This document shows positions 49,966 to 63,878 of a stretch of DNA of 64,000 nucleotides, piece after piece; the stretch's first letter is position 1; each line of letters opens with the position of its first letter. Below the pieces are notes generated by a model, which was given only the letters and a program-made list of their open reading frames with translations, searched no databases and had not been told where the DNA came from. Both the position numbers and the translations under genes were made by a program. The DNA is from Octopus sinensis (taxonomy: Eukaryota): the NCBI RefSeq assembly GCF_006345805.1, contig NC_043000.1:156984001-157048000 (forward strand), written 5' to 3'.

Positions 49966-50779
49966 TGGGGATTTAGAATATTTAAAGGATTTTCTAGATC
50001 GTCCATGCTTTTTTTGCCCTTTATATACAAGATTCGTGATGCAGTCTTCATTAAAAAAAAACCCATAATAATAAAGTAATTTCTTCTTCTTCTTCTTCTT
50101 CTTCTTCTTCTTCTTCTTCTTCTTTTGCTCCTCCTCCTTCTCCATCTTCTGATGATGACGACGACGGCGAAAACTCTTTTAAAAGCTGACGAAAGATCAA
50201 CTCAAGATATCTCCATACATGGCTGAGGAAAATTTGGATTTGACGTTCAGTAGAATTTGTGGTAAAAAAAGCTCTCCCTGTCGCACAGACCCCTTCCCTC
50301 CCTCCTCTTCAGTCACACACACACACATACACACAATACATACATAACATCCTCGAAACTGCCCCCTTTTTTTTTTCAAAAATCCCTTGTTTATTTATAT
50401 ATCTTCATTTGCTAGTATTAATTTTCCAATTTTGTATTTGTATTTAAAGTGTTTACGTGCGCATTTATATATGCACGTGTGGCGTACATCCCTATGTCCC
50501 CATGTGTATATATGCGTGAGTGAGTAAGTGCGTGTGTGTGTGTGTGTGAACATATGCGTGCGACCCCTTATGTTTGCATGATTTTATCTGGTTTGGTTAT
50601 GACATTTTTCATTGCGACATTGCTGTCGTCATCGTCATCGTAATTTATTACCCAACAGGGATTTCCCGCTTCATGTGTAGAATTTACTCCCCTCTTCATC
50701 ATCTGTATTATCATTTATTTGTTTATTTAGCATACATGGAATCATCATGTATATATATATATTTATATAAATAATATAT

Positions 50780-50824
<45 letters not shown>

Positions 50825-51005
50825 GCGGGCAGGCATAGCTGTGTGTAAGAAGCTTGCTTTTCAACTACATGTGTCCGGGTTCAAGTCTTCTACTATTTGA
50901 GGGACAAACACAGACACAAAAACACACATAGATACACACGCACACACATACACACACACACACACATACACACACACACACGCACGCACGCACACACACA
51001 CACAC

Positions 51006-51056
<51 letters not shown>

Positions 51057-52256
51057 AAATAATTGAGACTCAGTTGAATTACGTATTTAGATTGAGGCAG
51101 CAAGTCAGTCCGGTATGGTCCGCACAGCTCGAAGTTAGGGGAATAAAAAGCAAACAAGTAACAATGATGTCCAGGTATCAGTGCATTACGGCCGTTTCTA
51201 GCGGCTCCATTTAATCGATCAATGAAAACATTACATCAATTTGAAATAAACCGCTCTACTCGGACGCATACGACCATATAGATTGCCAATATAGTGGATA
51301 CACCATTATAATGTTTTAGCAAATTTTTCATCAATACTAGATACTAAAATAATTACACTATTTCTCTTTGTTATTTTTATGGCAGAAGAAGATAATGGTG
51401 ACCAAGAAAGTGGAATGGTGATATAGCTACATTCATCTTTATCCTTATCACATTAAAAAAGCTCAATGCTGCATGCAGTCAACAACCCCTTGGAATTAAA
51501 TCTATTAGGAATTGACAGTTAAGTTCTTGGTGGTGATAAATTAATTAATGTCAGATACGCTCTGGTCGGCCTAAGGATATAGAAGAAGACAATTACCCAA
51601 GGTGCCACGCAGTGGAACTGAACCCGGAACTGTGTGGTTGTGAAGCAAGTTTCTTATCCACAGTCACACCTGCGCCTGTATCCATAAACAAATCTGTTTT
51701 TCATTCAAAGTAGATCTTATATAATAAGACATTATAAAATAGTATAGGGATGGCCGTGCAATTAAAATATCGTTGCAGTCACATTTTTTACATTTTCATC
51801 CCAGTGTGTTAACGGACGGTGTATAAGTAAAATTTTATGGGTGGAATCTTATATAATATATAAAACAATTCCTTTCTCTCTTTCCATTACCTTCTACTCC
51901 TCACCAAATACACAGAAATAGCCACATAACTCAACCAATCATCTCACTAGTCAAAAGAGATAACCATCTTCATGCTAAACATTCGTTAATGTTATATCGC
52001 CTGAAGAAACGACCCCATGAAGATGACCTACCCGATGGTCATGGATGTTATGGACCGCACTGTAATCATATATATATATATTACCATATATGGTAATATA
52101 TATAATATAAATAAAATGTTACATGCTTTGTTACGTAACTTTTAGCTAGCTTTACATACATGCATACATACATACATACATACATACATACATACATACA
52201 TACATACATACATACATAAATACATACATGCATATATACATACATACATGCATACA

Positions 52257-52477
52257 TATTTCTTCACTACCCACAAGGGGCTAAACACAGAGGGGACAAG
52301 CAAGGACAGACAAAGGGATTAAGTCGATTACATCGACCCCAGTGCGTAACTGGTACTTATTTAATCGACCCCGAAAGGATGAAAGGCAAAGTCGACCTCG
52401 GCAGAATTTGAACTCAGAACGTAACGGCAGACGAAATACGGCTACGCATTTCGCCCGGCGTGCTAACGTTTCTGCCA
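52257..52477 (-). mobile_element. SINE-B near full length
   Basis: Reverse-complement match to 18644-18864. Confidence 0.92.
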
Positions 52478-52514
52478 CATACACATGCGTGCACACTAGC
52501 GCACACACAGAGAA

Positions 52515-52546
<32 letters not shown>

Positions 52547-52960
52547 GGAAGAGAGAGAGAGAGAGAGAGGGAAAGAGAGAGAGAGAGAGAGAGTGTGTGT
52601 GTCTGAACATAGGACACTCAATACCTCCTGTAGCAATGGCGAAGGAGTTACTTGACAATGAGCAACTGAGTGAAGAGCATCACTTCCTATGAGATTTTTC
52701 CCATGATAACTCATGATAGTCATTGTGCAATTGACGTCCTTGCAAGGATAGGATTATCTCATAATTCAGTGATCTGCTGTCATCAGCCAACGCGCTTTGT
52801 CATTCGTGAGACATGTGCAGATGGAAAAGATTAACTATTTTAACCCCGAAAATTTATAAATACATCTTTCAGAATTTCACAAAAGATAAGATTTATTCCA
52901 GATTTTATTTTATTATTGATTATCAGTTAATTCATTTCCTCAGTCTTTCATATTTTTAGT

Positions 52961-52999
<39 letters not shown>

Positions 53000-53014
53000 T
53001 ATATAATATATATA

Positions 53015-53069
<55 letters not shown>

Positions 53070-53074
<5 letters not shown>

Positions 53075-53559
53075 TAAATTTTAGGGTAGCAAAAAATTCT
53101 AGAAAGATTCTCCGCTACCAGCGGTCAAGTGAGAGAGAGAAAATAGTCAATAGACTATATAATATACATTCAAACATAAAGGGCGGCCATAATAGGACAT
53201 CCGACTCACTAGAAGAGCAGCCAAACTCTAACCACTAATAGTTGTAATTCTGAAATGGAAAGAGAAATAAAAACGTTTACCCTTTCCTTTCTGGACTATG
53301 CATAGTTTCGGCAATCTTTTGTAAATAAATAAATTTAATTAATTTATTTACCACTGGCGTTGCCTCGTCAGCAGAAAAGCCAAGGACTAACATATATACA
53401 CGAGGCGATGATAAACATGCTTCAAGTCTATATGCTATAAATTTTCAAAATCCACCACGCTCGCGCGGTTTACTCAGCAGTAAATATAAGCTGCCGATTT
53501 AATTTCAAAATTAGCCCAAAAATCATTAATTAATAAATTTATGGCCGTCCCTTATATGT

Positions 53560-53570
<11 letters not shown>
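53070..53570 (-). mobile_element. PLE-type terminal unit carrying an intact HHR, between (TA)n tracts
   Basis: About 30-bp inverted repeat (53163-53192 versus 53539-53570) brackets the HHR; no ORF. Confidence 0.65.
53286..53379 (-). ncRNA. Canonical type I hammerhead ribozyme
   Basis: CTTTTCTG-CTGACGA-GGCAA-(45 nt)-TTGCC-GAAA-CTATGCATAG-TC-CAGAAAGG. 8-bp stem I (one G.U), 5-bp stem II, palindromic stem III, GUC cleavage triplet, all core nucleotides conserved. Confidence 0.9.
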
Positions 53571-53590
<20 letters not shown>

Positions 53591-53715
53591 ATAAACATAT
53601 TAGAGGGAAACCACTATGTGGACACCCTTATGTTAGAAATAGATCCGCTATGGTCTCACCACTAAGAAATGTTCTCAAGAAAATGTTTTGGAAAACAACC
53701 AATACCAAATTTAAA

Positions 53716-53769
<54 letters not shown>

Positions 53770-53796
53770 TATATATATATGTAATATGTATATAAG

Positions 53797-53838
<42 letters not shown>

Positions 53839-53839
53839 C

Positions 53840-54130
53840 TCTGCGAAAAGATCTCAAAATTTTAATTGATTTGCTTTTCGCAGGAAGGAAAGTTTCTTGT
53901 CGGAGATACGTCTCGCTTTCAACTTCGAAACGTAGAGTAGATGAAACCATAGCGACTGAAGAAGGGTTTTTTTTCTTTGTGTTAATTGTCCTGTACTCTA
54001 TTTTTTGTTTTTTTGTTGTTTAAAAAAATGTCCAGTTCCTTGGGTTTGTGTCTAATGTTTTCGTTTCTCTATGTGTTCGACGTCTTTTTGGTGTCCTGTA
54101 CTCATATATGCGTGTATATGTACGTGTAGA
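53840..54130 (+). mobile_element. PLE-type terminal repeat fragment
   Basis: ...CTGAAGAAGGG...TGTCCTGTACTCATATATGC tail next to (TA)n; a related copy lies on the minus strand at 59960-60240. Confidence 0.55.
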
Positions 54131-54287
54131 GGTAGGTACGTACATATGTTTATATATATGCATATGTTTTATTTATTAATATATACATATATATATATAA
54201 TATATGTAATTTTATATATATACATATTTATATATACATATTTATATATATATAATATAATATTTATATATATATTTATATATATAT

Positions 54288-54330
<43 letters not shown>

Positions 54331-54370
54331 TATATATATATATGTAATATTTATATATATATGTAATAAT

Positions 54371-54409
<39 letters not shown>

Positions 54410-56211
54410 AGATAGATAGATAGATAGATGCGTTTGCCTCATTGTGTTTGGTTTCTCACTGTGCGAATAGCGTTGTTGGTTTGTTTACGTCGCCGTAGCA
54501 TAGCGGTCCGGCAAAAATAAGCACCTGTCTTAAAGTAAGTGCTGGGGGTGATTTGTTCGACTAAGCCCTTCAGAGTGGTGACCGTGCATGGCCGTAGTCC
54601 AATGGCGGAAACAAGCAAAAGAATAAATAGTATCTTTGCATTTATAGAATTGCAAGCGTTTACATTGTGGAGAGGAAAACGGTTTATACAAGTTAAAAGT
54701 TGAAATTCACAGACATTTTGAAGTCCTAACATACTAAGCCTCTTATTGTTGTAGTTTTGCTTTAGTCATTTAGCTCAATGGCCAATTTGACGTACCAAAT
54801 GTAATACAGCCATGACCATTCCGATTCCGTTTCTTCAGATAGTGTGTATATCAGACTGTATTATACAGTACGCTCATCCTCTCCTTTTAAAGAAGACCGT
54901 AGGTTGTGATCTGAGAGGTATCTAGCTGCCGTCTCGATTATCTCGAGTGTTCACTTAGATGCTTCCATTTTCGCTTCACCGCCTTTTAGTGATATCCGCC
55001 TTTTCCCGCAGAAGCTAACTTCTCAAACCTAGTTTTGAGGTATTACTTAGTCACTTGATCAAAAATCCCAAGCGTATAAATAGTCTTTTAAAGAAATTAT
55101 AAATTTTACATTGGGTCTGAAAGACATTTCTATTTTGCGGCTACTAGAAGAATTGTTTTTGCTCCGAGAGTAAGTATGGCTCTATTATTAAGAGTATTTT
55201 TCGACCTTAGCGTCGGGTCGACAAAAACTTTGGGAGTAAAATTAGACAGCCAGAATCTTAAACTAGCGATCAGTCAGATCGAAACATACACTCGCATGGT
55301 TATACATACTGTACACATACCCATACACTAACAGTACCTTTCTTCCACTTTCTGTTGATGCGATTTGTTGCCATTTATCCGCGATTTTAAATATACATAA
55401 TTTGAAAGATTTCCGTAAATGGCTTCAGCTTACTTTTGTAACGAAATTTTTTGGCAAAGTAACAAAAGTCTTTTTATAAATTGTTTCATATTTTTAATAT
55501 TTAGCCCATTTTTTTAGTTGGTTCTTCGACGCACATTTGTCTTTTAATACATAACTTTATATCTAATTCTAGCTTCGTTACATTAATGTATAAGTTTTTT
55601 TTTTTTTTTTTTTTTTTACATTTTAAGCCATGCTGTTTCTTTGAGTTAATTACAGGAAGCGGGTCGACTAATACTGGGCGCTTTTGGAAAGTGCGCAATC
55701 CATTTTGATTGGTGATACAATATCCTGCTCATTGTAATTATTGGCTTTATTGAAATACAAGGTTAAATTGAATTGACAAAAACAGAACAGACAATATATA
55801 CTCACATCAAGAGTTCCAAAGAACCGATACTAAAAGAGAATTAATCTTATTAAGTAGGTTATTAAAATGACCTCAACGGCGGCCTTTCAAAACATAAGGC
55901 TGATTATGAACATATGTTATTCTAAGTGTACCAAATTTTAATATCTGTGAAAGTACTTTTGATATTGACCGATTTACGATACTCTTCATCAAAGCATTAA
56001 TTATACTTTGATGTCACTTACTTGAAGGTTCTGATGTATGCACCCCCCCCACACACACACACGTACCTATACACACATATATATACATATATACACATAT
56101 GCACACATGCATACATACATATACATGTATATATATATATATATGTATATATGTATATATGTATCTATGTATATATATATATATATATATGTATTTATAT
56201 ATATATATATG

Positions 56212-56253
<42 letters not shown>

Positions 56254-56320
56254 TATATACACTACATATATTCATATATATTCACATACAGACATATACG
56301 TACATACACGCACACGCACA

Positions 56321-56783
56321 TACGAGGTCTGATCAATAAGTATCCGGACTGTTGCCATAGGAACGAAACTAAAGCATGCAGAGTGAAGCCGCTTGACACA
56401 GATTGACCTTGAACTCTGCTGTCCATGCGCACTAAGTCTTAATGCTCTAGCTCTCTTTCACTATTTGCAACAGTGCTCGGAAGGAAGGTGTGTAGCAGGT
56501 GATCGTTTCATTGACCACGACAGAGAAAGTTGTCATGGTGATACCTGCTCAGGGTCTTACACAAAGTCGCAGAAAGCATATGGAAAGGAGTGTTTGAGCC
56601 ACACATAAATGTACAAGGGGTTCAGACGTTTCCAAGATGGCCGAAAAAATGTCGATATTGACGAACATTCTGGGAGACCCACAACTAGCGAGAACTGAGA
56701 AAAACACCGCAGATGTGAGTGCAGCTGTGAGTGGAAATCGTCGAATCCCCATCGGTGAGTTATCAGAGGACGTGAAGATTAGT
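56321..56783 (+). mobile_element. Mariner element 5' part with N-terminal transposase remnant
   Basis: TIR TACGAGGTCTGATCAATAAGTATCCGGAC; QKAYGKECLS...FRRFQDGRKNVDIDEHSGRPTTS...NRRIPIGELSEDVKIS (mariner HTH region). Confidence 0.88.
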
Positions 56784-57100
56784 AACAGGGATCTTTTCGG
56801 TTTGAACGGCAGTTTTTAACATAATTTCTAGGTAACTAAAAAATTTTAAACTTCGTATACTGATAGAATGTGTTTATAAAACATCATTTTCTCTCGGCTT
56901 TCTTGAGAATATTTCGGTAGTTTGTAACATATTTCGCCTTTAATTTCTTGCATTTCGGCAATTTTAACCAATCAATGACCGTCTTTTGAGATGAAAGCAT
57001 TCTGTGCCGTATGAATATGTCCCTCCTTTAAGAAACAGATTTGGTTTATTTACATTTGTGAAGAAAAAAAGATAGCCTTAGCTCATCTCACTCTTTCCCA

Positions 57101-57163
57101 CAGAACCCTAGGAACTTTTTGCGGAATCCTAGGTTTCCGTGGAATTCCGGTTGAGAAATGCTG
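57101..57163 (+). mobile_element. hAT-type MITE right end
   Basis: ...GGAATTCCGGTTGAGAAATGCTG; reverse complement resembles the CAGTGTTTCTCAACC hAT TIR. Confidence 0.5.
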
Positions 57164-58485
57164 CTCTAGAGATTCAGAAAATAATGTAGCAGTCAACTAC
57201 TGGGAATCGATTTAAATCCGGATTTAAATCTGAAAAAAAAACTTGGTCATGAAGCAAACATTTTAACTAGGCAGCCATGATACATTTTTGAGATTTTATA
57301 AAGTAGAACATGTTGGTTTTTATACTCCAGGAAACCTTAACTAAGTTTAAGGTACCTTTTAATTCCACTTCAACTTTGATTCAACAAAGAAATTCAAGTC
57401 ACGATCATTCCATCTATTAGGAATATCAAAGGAGTGCTAGTTTAAAAATGGTTGCTGCAGCGCTGGGGCCTTAATTTACCCTGAGGTCATGAACCCTTGA
57501 GATTATCGGGCAGTTTCATCCTAATTGAATTGAGGTGGACAGGGAGACTTTTTCCGTACAGCAAGCATCAAGGCCTATGAACATTTAAACGTGGCCCTGC
57601 ATCTAAGACAACATACTCCAACGTGTTCCTTACACGCCGTCATGAAGTGATGGAAATTGACACGATTTTTTATGTTGCGTTTTTTGACGCTCGAATACAA
57701 TAATCATAACTTGTTGTTTTATGAGAAATTAATAACATATTCTCAAACAGAAATGCTCTCAACACAAGCCATGGCAGGAAACACTCAAGATACTATACTA
57801 TGATGTTAAACACAGAATATGATTACAAAAACGAGTTTCTTAACCACACAGACATGCATGGCTTCAAACCACAACTCTTGACGTCCAGCTATTAGATGGT
57901 GGAAAGCGGAGGCAAAGGATTCTTAAATCGTGAATCGCGTTCGTTATAATGTATGAAATTAAAGAGCGTTTCCATAGTTGTAGGAAAGCTAGTTTTTGTT
58001 TTTAAATACCCCGTTGTTTATTATTATTCACCCAGTGTTTGTGATCTACATTATTAGATACAGAAATAATATGGTTGCAATGTATATTTATTGTGAATAA
58101 AGTGTGTAGAGAATTTGACATGAAACAGTTCAAGTCAAGAGTTTGTATTATATAGATCTAACGTAGATGAGAAGCATAATAATAACCACAGTGAATTTTT
58201 GACTTTCATGTTGGTTTATGTGTGTGTATGTGTTTGTGTTTCAGTGTTTGTTTTATGCGTTTATGAATGTATTTGTAGCGTTTATTGGAATGGATTATGG
58301 GAACCAGTCTCTTTCTTTGAACATGTGATGTGAGTACCCTAAAAGGAAATTAAAGACAAAAAAACACAAAACTCGGTGTCTGTGCGGAAGGAACAACGTG
58401 TGTACACATAACATATGTCGCTTTTTATTGCGTGTGCGTATGAGTACATATGTATATGTGTGTGTGTGTGTGCGTCTATATATGA

Positions 58486-58526
<41 letters not shown>

Positions 58527-58601
58527 ATACACATTCATACACACATATATGTATATACATATATATGTATATATATATATGTATAGACATATGTACACAC
58601 G

Positions 58602-58652
<51 letters not shown>

Positions 58653-58853
58653 AGACATATGTACACAGTATATGTATATATATATATATATATGTATACA
58701 TATACATGTCTATATATATATATAATATACATATAATATACATATGTATATAATATATATATATAGAGAGAGAGAGAGGAAGAGAGAGAGATAAAAGATA
58801 TACGCACTCTCATACACCACACATATACATATGTATATATACACATATATATG

Positions 58854-58890
<37 letters not shown>

Positions 58891-59959
58891 CATATATAAT
58901 ATATACATACATATATACATACACACACACACTCATATATATACGCATACATTCATAGAAGCACATAAACATAATGAAAGTCACGCGTTTGTGCATGTAG
59001 TTGTGTGTTTGTGTGTATGTGTGTATTTATGTTTGTATATGTGTGTATGTGTGTGTGCTTGTGTGTGCTTGTGTGTGTGTATGTGTGTGCTTTAATTTGT
59101 TTGATAAGAATCGCTGCCGTGTGTCTATTACATTTCCATCAACAACCACAAGCAGTAGCCACGATAGCGACAACAACATCAACAACAAAAACACCATCAC
59201 CACCATCATCACCACCACCATCACCACCACCACCAACAACAACACCAGCAAGACTGCAATCATTTATACCCTTTTAACTTCCATTATTGGGATTACACAC
59301 TTCAAAAAGTGTCCCATTTACAAACCCCGGCGTATCTCCACCGAGAAGTCTTTAAATACATAACAGCTACGGAATCACTCAACACGTTTTCACTTGTGTT
59401 TTTCTTTTCAAGAAAAAGTAAAAAAATAAAAACCATGCAGGAGCTGGGCATTTAATTAGCTGAAACAGTTGGGTGATGGAGACAAAATGCCTTGCGGCCT
59501 TTAGTTATGATCATTTATGCTCCGAGTTCAAATCTTGTCTGGTTTGTCTTTCAATGACTTGGTGTCCATAGTTAAATAGAAGTAATTAACTAAGCACAGG
59601 AGAACGATATAAACTAGTGGCTCACAAACTGACAAATAACAGTGCCCTTATACCACCAAAATGTTAGTGAAATATGTAGGCACCACACACACACACACAT
59701 ATAGCCTCATCCAATATGGACACCGATTACCAATATGCTCAAGTGGAACGCTTCAATAATGTGGAAACCATAGATAGCATTGTTAATCCCCCTAAATCAA
59801 AGAACATATTTATCAAATGCAGTGTTGATCACCCATGTTTACTGTTTGCCACAATCATACATACATACATGCATACATACATACATACATATATATATAA
59901 CAATTTGATAAATAAAACATAGGCATACATACATACATACATACATATATGTACAAGCC

Positions 59960-60240
59960 TACATCTATATGTATATATACATGCATATATGAGTACAGGA
60001 CACCACAAATAAATGTAGAACACAACGAGAAACGAAAACATAGAAACAAAACAAAGAAACGGATTTTTTTTAACAAGGAAAAAACAGAGTACAAGACAAA
60101 CAACAGAGCTAACATTCCCCTTCTTCAGCTGCCCCTGTTTCGACTCATTGCGTGTTTCGAAGGTAAGGGCAGAACACGACAGCGCTGAAACAGTCCTTCC
60201 CGCAAATGAATTAAATAAATTTTTTTATGCGGAAGGGTAA
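59960..60240 (-). mobile_element. PLE-type terminal repeat fragment (family of 53840-54130)
   Basis: Reverse complement shares CTGAAGAAGGG and TGTCCTGTACTCATATATGC. Confidence 0.5.
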
Positions 60241-60720
60241 TAAAAGGTGACAAGAACAGGACGTAAAAGCAATACAAAAAAGAAGAAAAACAGTACAAAT
60301 AAAGATAAAAACAGTAAAAGACAGGACAAGGAAACCAACAATAAGGGCTTTTTTAAGCCTAGACGGTGGAAAAATTCATTAGAACGCAATATGAAGACCG
60401 GCTAGCGAAGACGGAAAAAGCTGATGTTGACAGGTTGAAGGTAGTAGGCAGAAAGAAAGTTAGTAGCCCGATGGTCAGCGACGAGAGAGGGAGGAGGAGG
60501 AGTGAGAGAGAGGAGAAGAAACCAGAAAGGGTAAGAAATAAGAAGGAGAGAGGCAGGTAGAGAGGAAGACAAACAGGCCGGGAGGAAAGGTCAAGTAAAG
60601 AGTTAAGAGTGCGCGTCATAATTACTAAAATAACTTACTTGGAGAAGAAGATAACGACGCGTGCGTTCGATCATATAATAACAATTTAATATATGTATAT
60701 ACGAATCTATCTATCAATCA

Positions 60721-60873
<153 letters not shown>

Positions 60874-60889
60874 AGAACGTATATATACG

Positions 60890-61080
60890 TTTTTTCATTA
60901 AAGCTGCAAAAACATCGGGCAGTTGTGATCAAGAGTTTTGATCACAACTGTCCAGCGAACGGAAAAGTGAAACTCTGAGTAACAGTGTTTTGCAGTTTTA
61001 ATTAAAGAAAAAGTACATTACCTTTCGCATTCAAGTGCTATTTTTTTTACCTTGTTTTGCATTTATGTGCTTACTCGTAT
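60890..61080 (+). mobile_element. pLTR of the 23925 family with degenerate HHR (60948-60985) and a short inverted arm
   Basis: CTGT-CCAGCGA-ACG-GAAA-AGT-GAAA-CTC-T-GAG-TA-ACAG; downstream sequence aligns with 24060-24165. Confidence 0.7.
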
Positions 61081-61418
61081 AAGAGGAATCGATGCTAGAT
61101 GTGTCGAAAAAATTGTCATGATTAATAATAAATTCTCGCGTATTCCATCTTCTGTCTTTCATTTGCTATATATATATGTATATATATATATGAGAGATAT
61201 TAATATCTAGAAGACCCAAGGTGGCAGGTAACGGTATGTAAGTGCTATGGAACGGCCGTAGTTAAACTCTCGGTTCGATAATGATACGAGTGAAGAGTCT
61301 AATGCAGGTCTTGTACGAGCATGTATATGTTAAATAAAATCAGACAACAAAGCCAAATAACCCCTTTTGTATGTATGTATGTATGTGTGTGTGTGTATGT
61401 GTGTGTGTGTGTGTGTGT

Positions 61419-61472
<54 letters not shown>

Positions 61473-61629
61473 GTAATCAAATGGCCGGTTGTGGTATTAA
61501 ACCGGGTGATGAGTTAAGCCTGTTTCCAAACTAGTCGCATGATCAGAAGGTTCGAGGTACGTAGCATTTGATAAATCTATTTCAATGGAGAGTTGCGCTG
61601 ATGACGGATGTGAAATATATAAATAAACT

Positions 61630-62415
61630 TAGATATGTTTCGACCAAAGATTGATCCAAGCCATGTCTAACTTAATAGCACCACCTGATAGGATTATTCG
61701 AATCCTGTTTAAGTCAAGTTTTGTTTATGGTTCATTCAAGTAGTGAGTTTTTGTTGGGTGAGTTGTATCCAATTATGGGTGGCTTATCTGGTATTCCTTG
61801 AAGGAATCTATCCAGACTCCATTTAAAGTTGATGGGATCCTTTTCCTCTTTGATCTCTTTCGGGACAATGTTAAATAGGGCAGGGCCTGTTGAGGAAAAG
61901 AAATTATGTTGCAGTGTACATGTATGCTGTGATCTTGAATTGGGCAGGGGACGTATGGCCCGTGGTCCTAGTCTTGTATGAACCTTGAAGCTAATGTTCA
62001 GGTCGTTTGGGCAAAGTTGGCGATATATTCTCCGCATCGTACAAATGATGTACCGCTCACGGCGACGCTGGAGAGAGTAAAGTTTCAAGGCTTTAAGGCG
62101 ATCCCAATAATCGAGAGCAGCCATGCCTTCAATTCGTTTAGTGAGTGCCCTCTGGGGTGACTCAATTCTTGAGATGTTTTGTCTTGTATGGGGAGACCAC
62201 AGTGGGCAGCAGTATTCAAGGTGTGGCCGTACAAAGGAGGAGAAAAGTGGTATGATGACACCTTGTTCTCTGGACCGGAAAGTTCTTAAGATCCAGGAAC
62301 TCATCCTACGAGCTATATCGACCTTCTTGTTGATGTGTGCACTCCAACTGATCTCGTCATCAACAATTACACCCAGTTCTCTGATATTGTTAGAGGCTGT
62401 GAGTATGGTTGTTTT
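61630..62415 (-). mobile_element. CR1-like LINE 3' fragment (second family)
   Basis: SWILRTF...VRPHLEYCCPLWSP...LYSLQRRRERY...GPALFN...LDRFLQGIPD; 3' UTR ends ...GGTCGAAACATATCTAAG. Confidence 0.9.
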
Positions 62416-62640
62416 AGTGAGGAATATATATGAAATATATATTCAATATATTTATAATCTAGAAACATGTTCGCAAATAACCGCCAGACTTTGTTTTCGT
62501 TATTTATTCCTTCTGTTTTGCCAATGTGAATTACAGGGATATGTCGTGTGTGGAGTCCCACTTGTAGAAAATAGAAATAAACAGTCTTTGACTGCTATTT
62601 CTAATTTTTCGGTATGCGGCCAAGCAACCTGTTGCCTGCC

Positions 62641-62678
<38 letters not shown>

Positions 62679-63481
62679 GTATACATATATATATACACAC
62701 ACACGCATATATATATATATATATATATATACACGCACACACATACGCACATACACAGAAACAATGGTACACTTTATACAGATGTATCTTTGAAACAGAT
62801 CTGACTTCCTTAATAGCCGGGTCGGATTGAGATTTAAGATATTGATGATTGATAAAAGGTATAACAACATCTCCCGTATGCGCCATCTACTTGTTTCTAT
62901 GCTTCCTTGGAGTGTTGAACACACACACACACACACACACACTCACATAGATGCGCGCGTGCGCAGGCATACATACGCAGTTAGTGTTTAATTTAATCTT
63001 TCATCAATATCTCAGATGAGAGTGGGACTTCTACTGGAATGCTGGAAGTATTTGTTATTACAGCGATAAGTGCTATTTATCGAAGCTCACTCATTTGATT
63101 GCCACACAAAAAACAGTCATGGAACATAAAACACTTCACAACACACATGCACACATAGACACGCACAGACACGCACGCACAGACACGCACGCACATATAC
63201 ATGTTTAAGTTTCCGAACAACAAAAACAACTCGAAAAAAATCATTCAGTATAAAAACTAAAGTAATATGTCCATCTTTTGATCGAGGTAACTTGTAACCA
63301 AATTCTGGGGGTTAGTGTTTAGTAAGTAACGTCATTCTTTTAGAGATGTGTTTTGATAACCTCGGGTTTATAAACAGAGTTGCAAGTTTGCGTATTAACC
63401 CCCACCCAATTGTCGACAAGAACGCCAGATCTTTCACTGAAAAAACAACAAAATAACAAAAACAAAAACAAAAATCTATGT

Positions 63482-63878
63482 GGCTGTGGAGTGGCAGTGT
63501 GGTAAGTAGCTTGCTTACCAATCACATGGTTCCGGGTTCAGTCCCACTGCGTGGCATCTTGAGAGAGTGTCTTCTACTATAGCCACGAGCCGACCAAAGC
63601 CTTGTGAGTGGATTTGGTAGATGGAAACTGAAAGAAGCCTGTCGTATATATGCATATATATGTTTGTGTGTCTGTGTTTGTCCCCCCCCCCCAACATCGC
63701 TTGAAACCGATGCTGGTGTGTTTACGTACCCGTAACTTAGCGGTTCGGCAAAAGAGACCGATAGAATAAGTACTAGGCTTACAAATAATAAGTCCTGGGG
63801 TCGATTTGCTCGACTAAAGGTGGTGCTCCAGCATGGCCACAGTCAAATGACTGGAACAAATAAAAGAGTAAAGAGAGT
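63482..63878 (+). mobile_element. SINE-A full length
   Basis: Direct match to the family. Confidence 0.9.

Noticed and set aside
50186-50215. CTGACGA motif
   Set aside because: No stem II-GAAA or stem I partner.
52017-52045. ATGAAGA-TGACC...GGTCA, PLE-terminus-like
   Set aside because: Probably a dead HHR, but GAAA and the core are lost; too degenerate to call.
55008-55180. CCCGCAG acceptor and GTAAGT donor
   Set aside because: All frames between them are closed; no independent support.
63492-63510. TGGCAGTGTGGT, miR-34-like
   Set aside because: It is the A-box region of a SINE-A head with one substitution.
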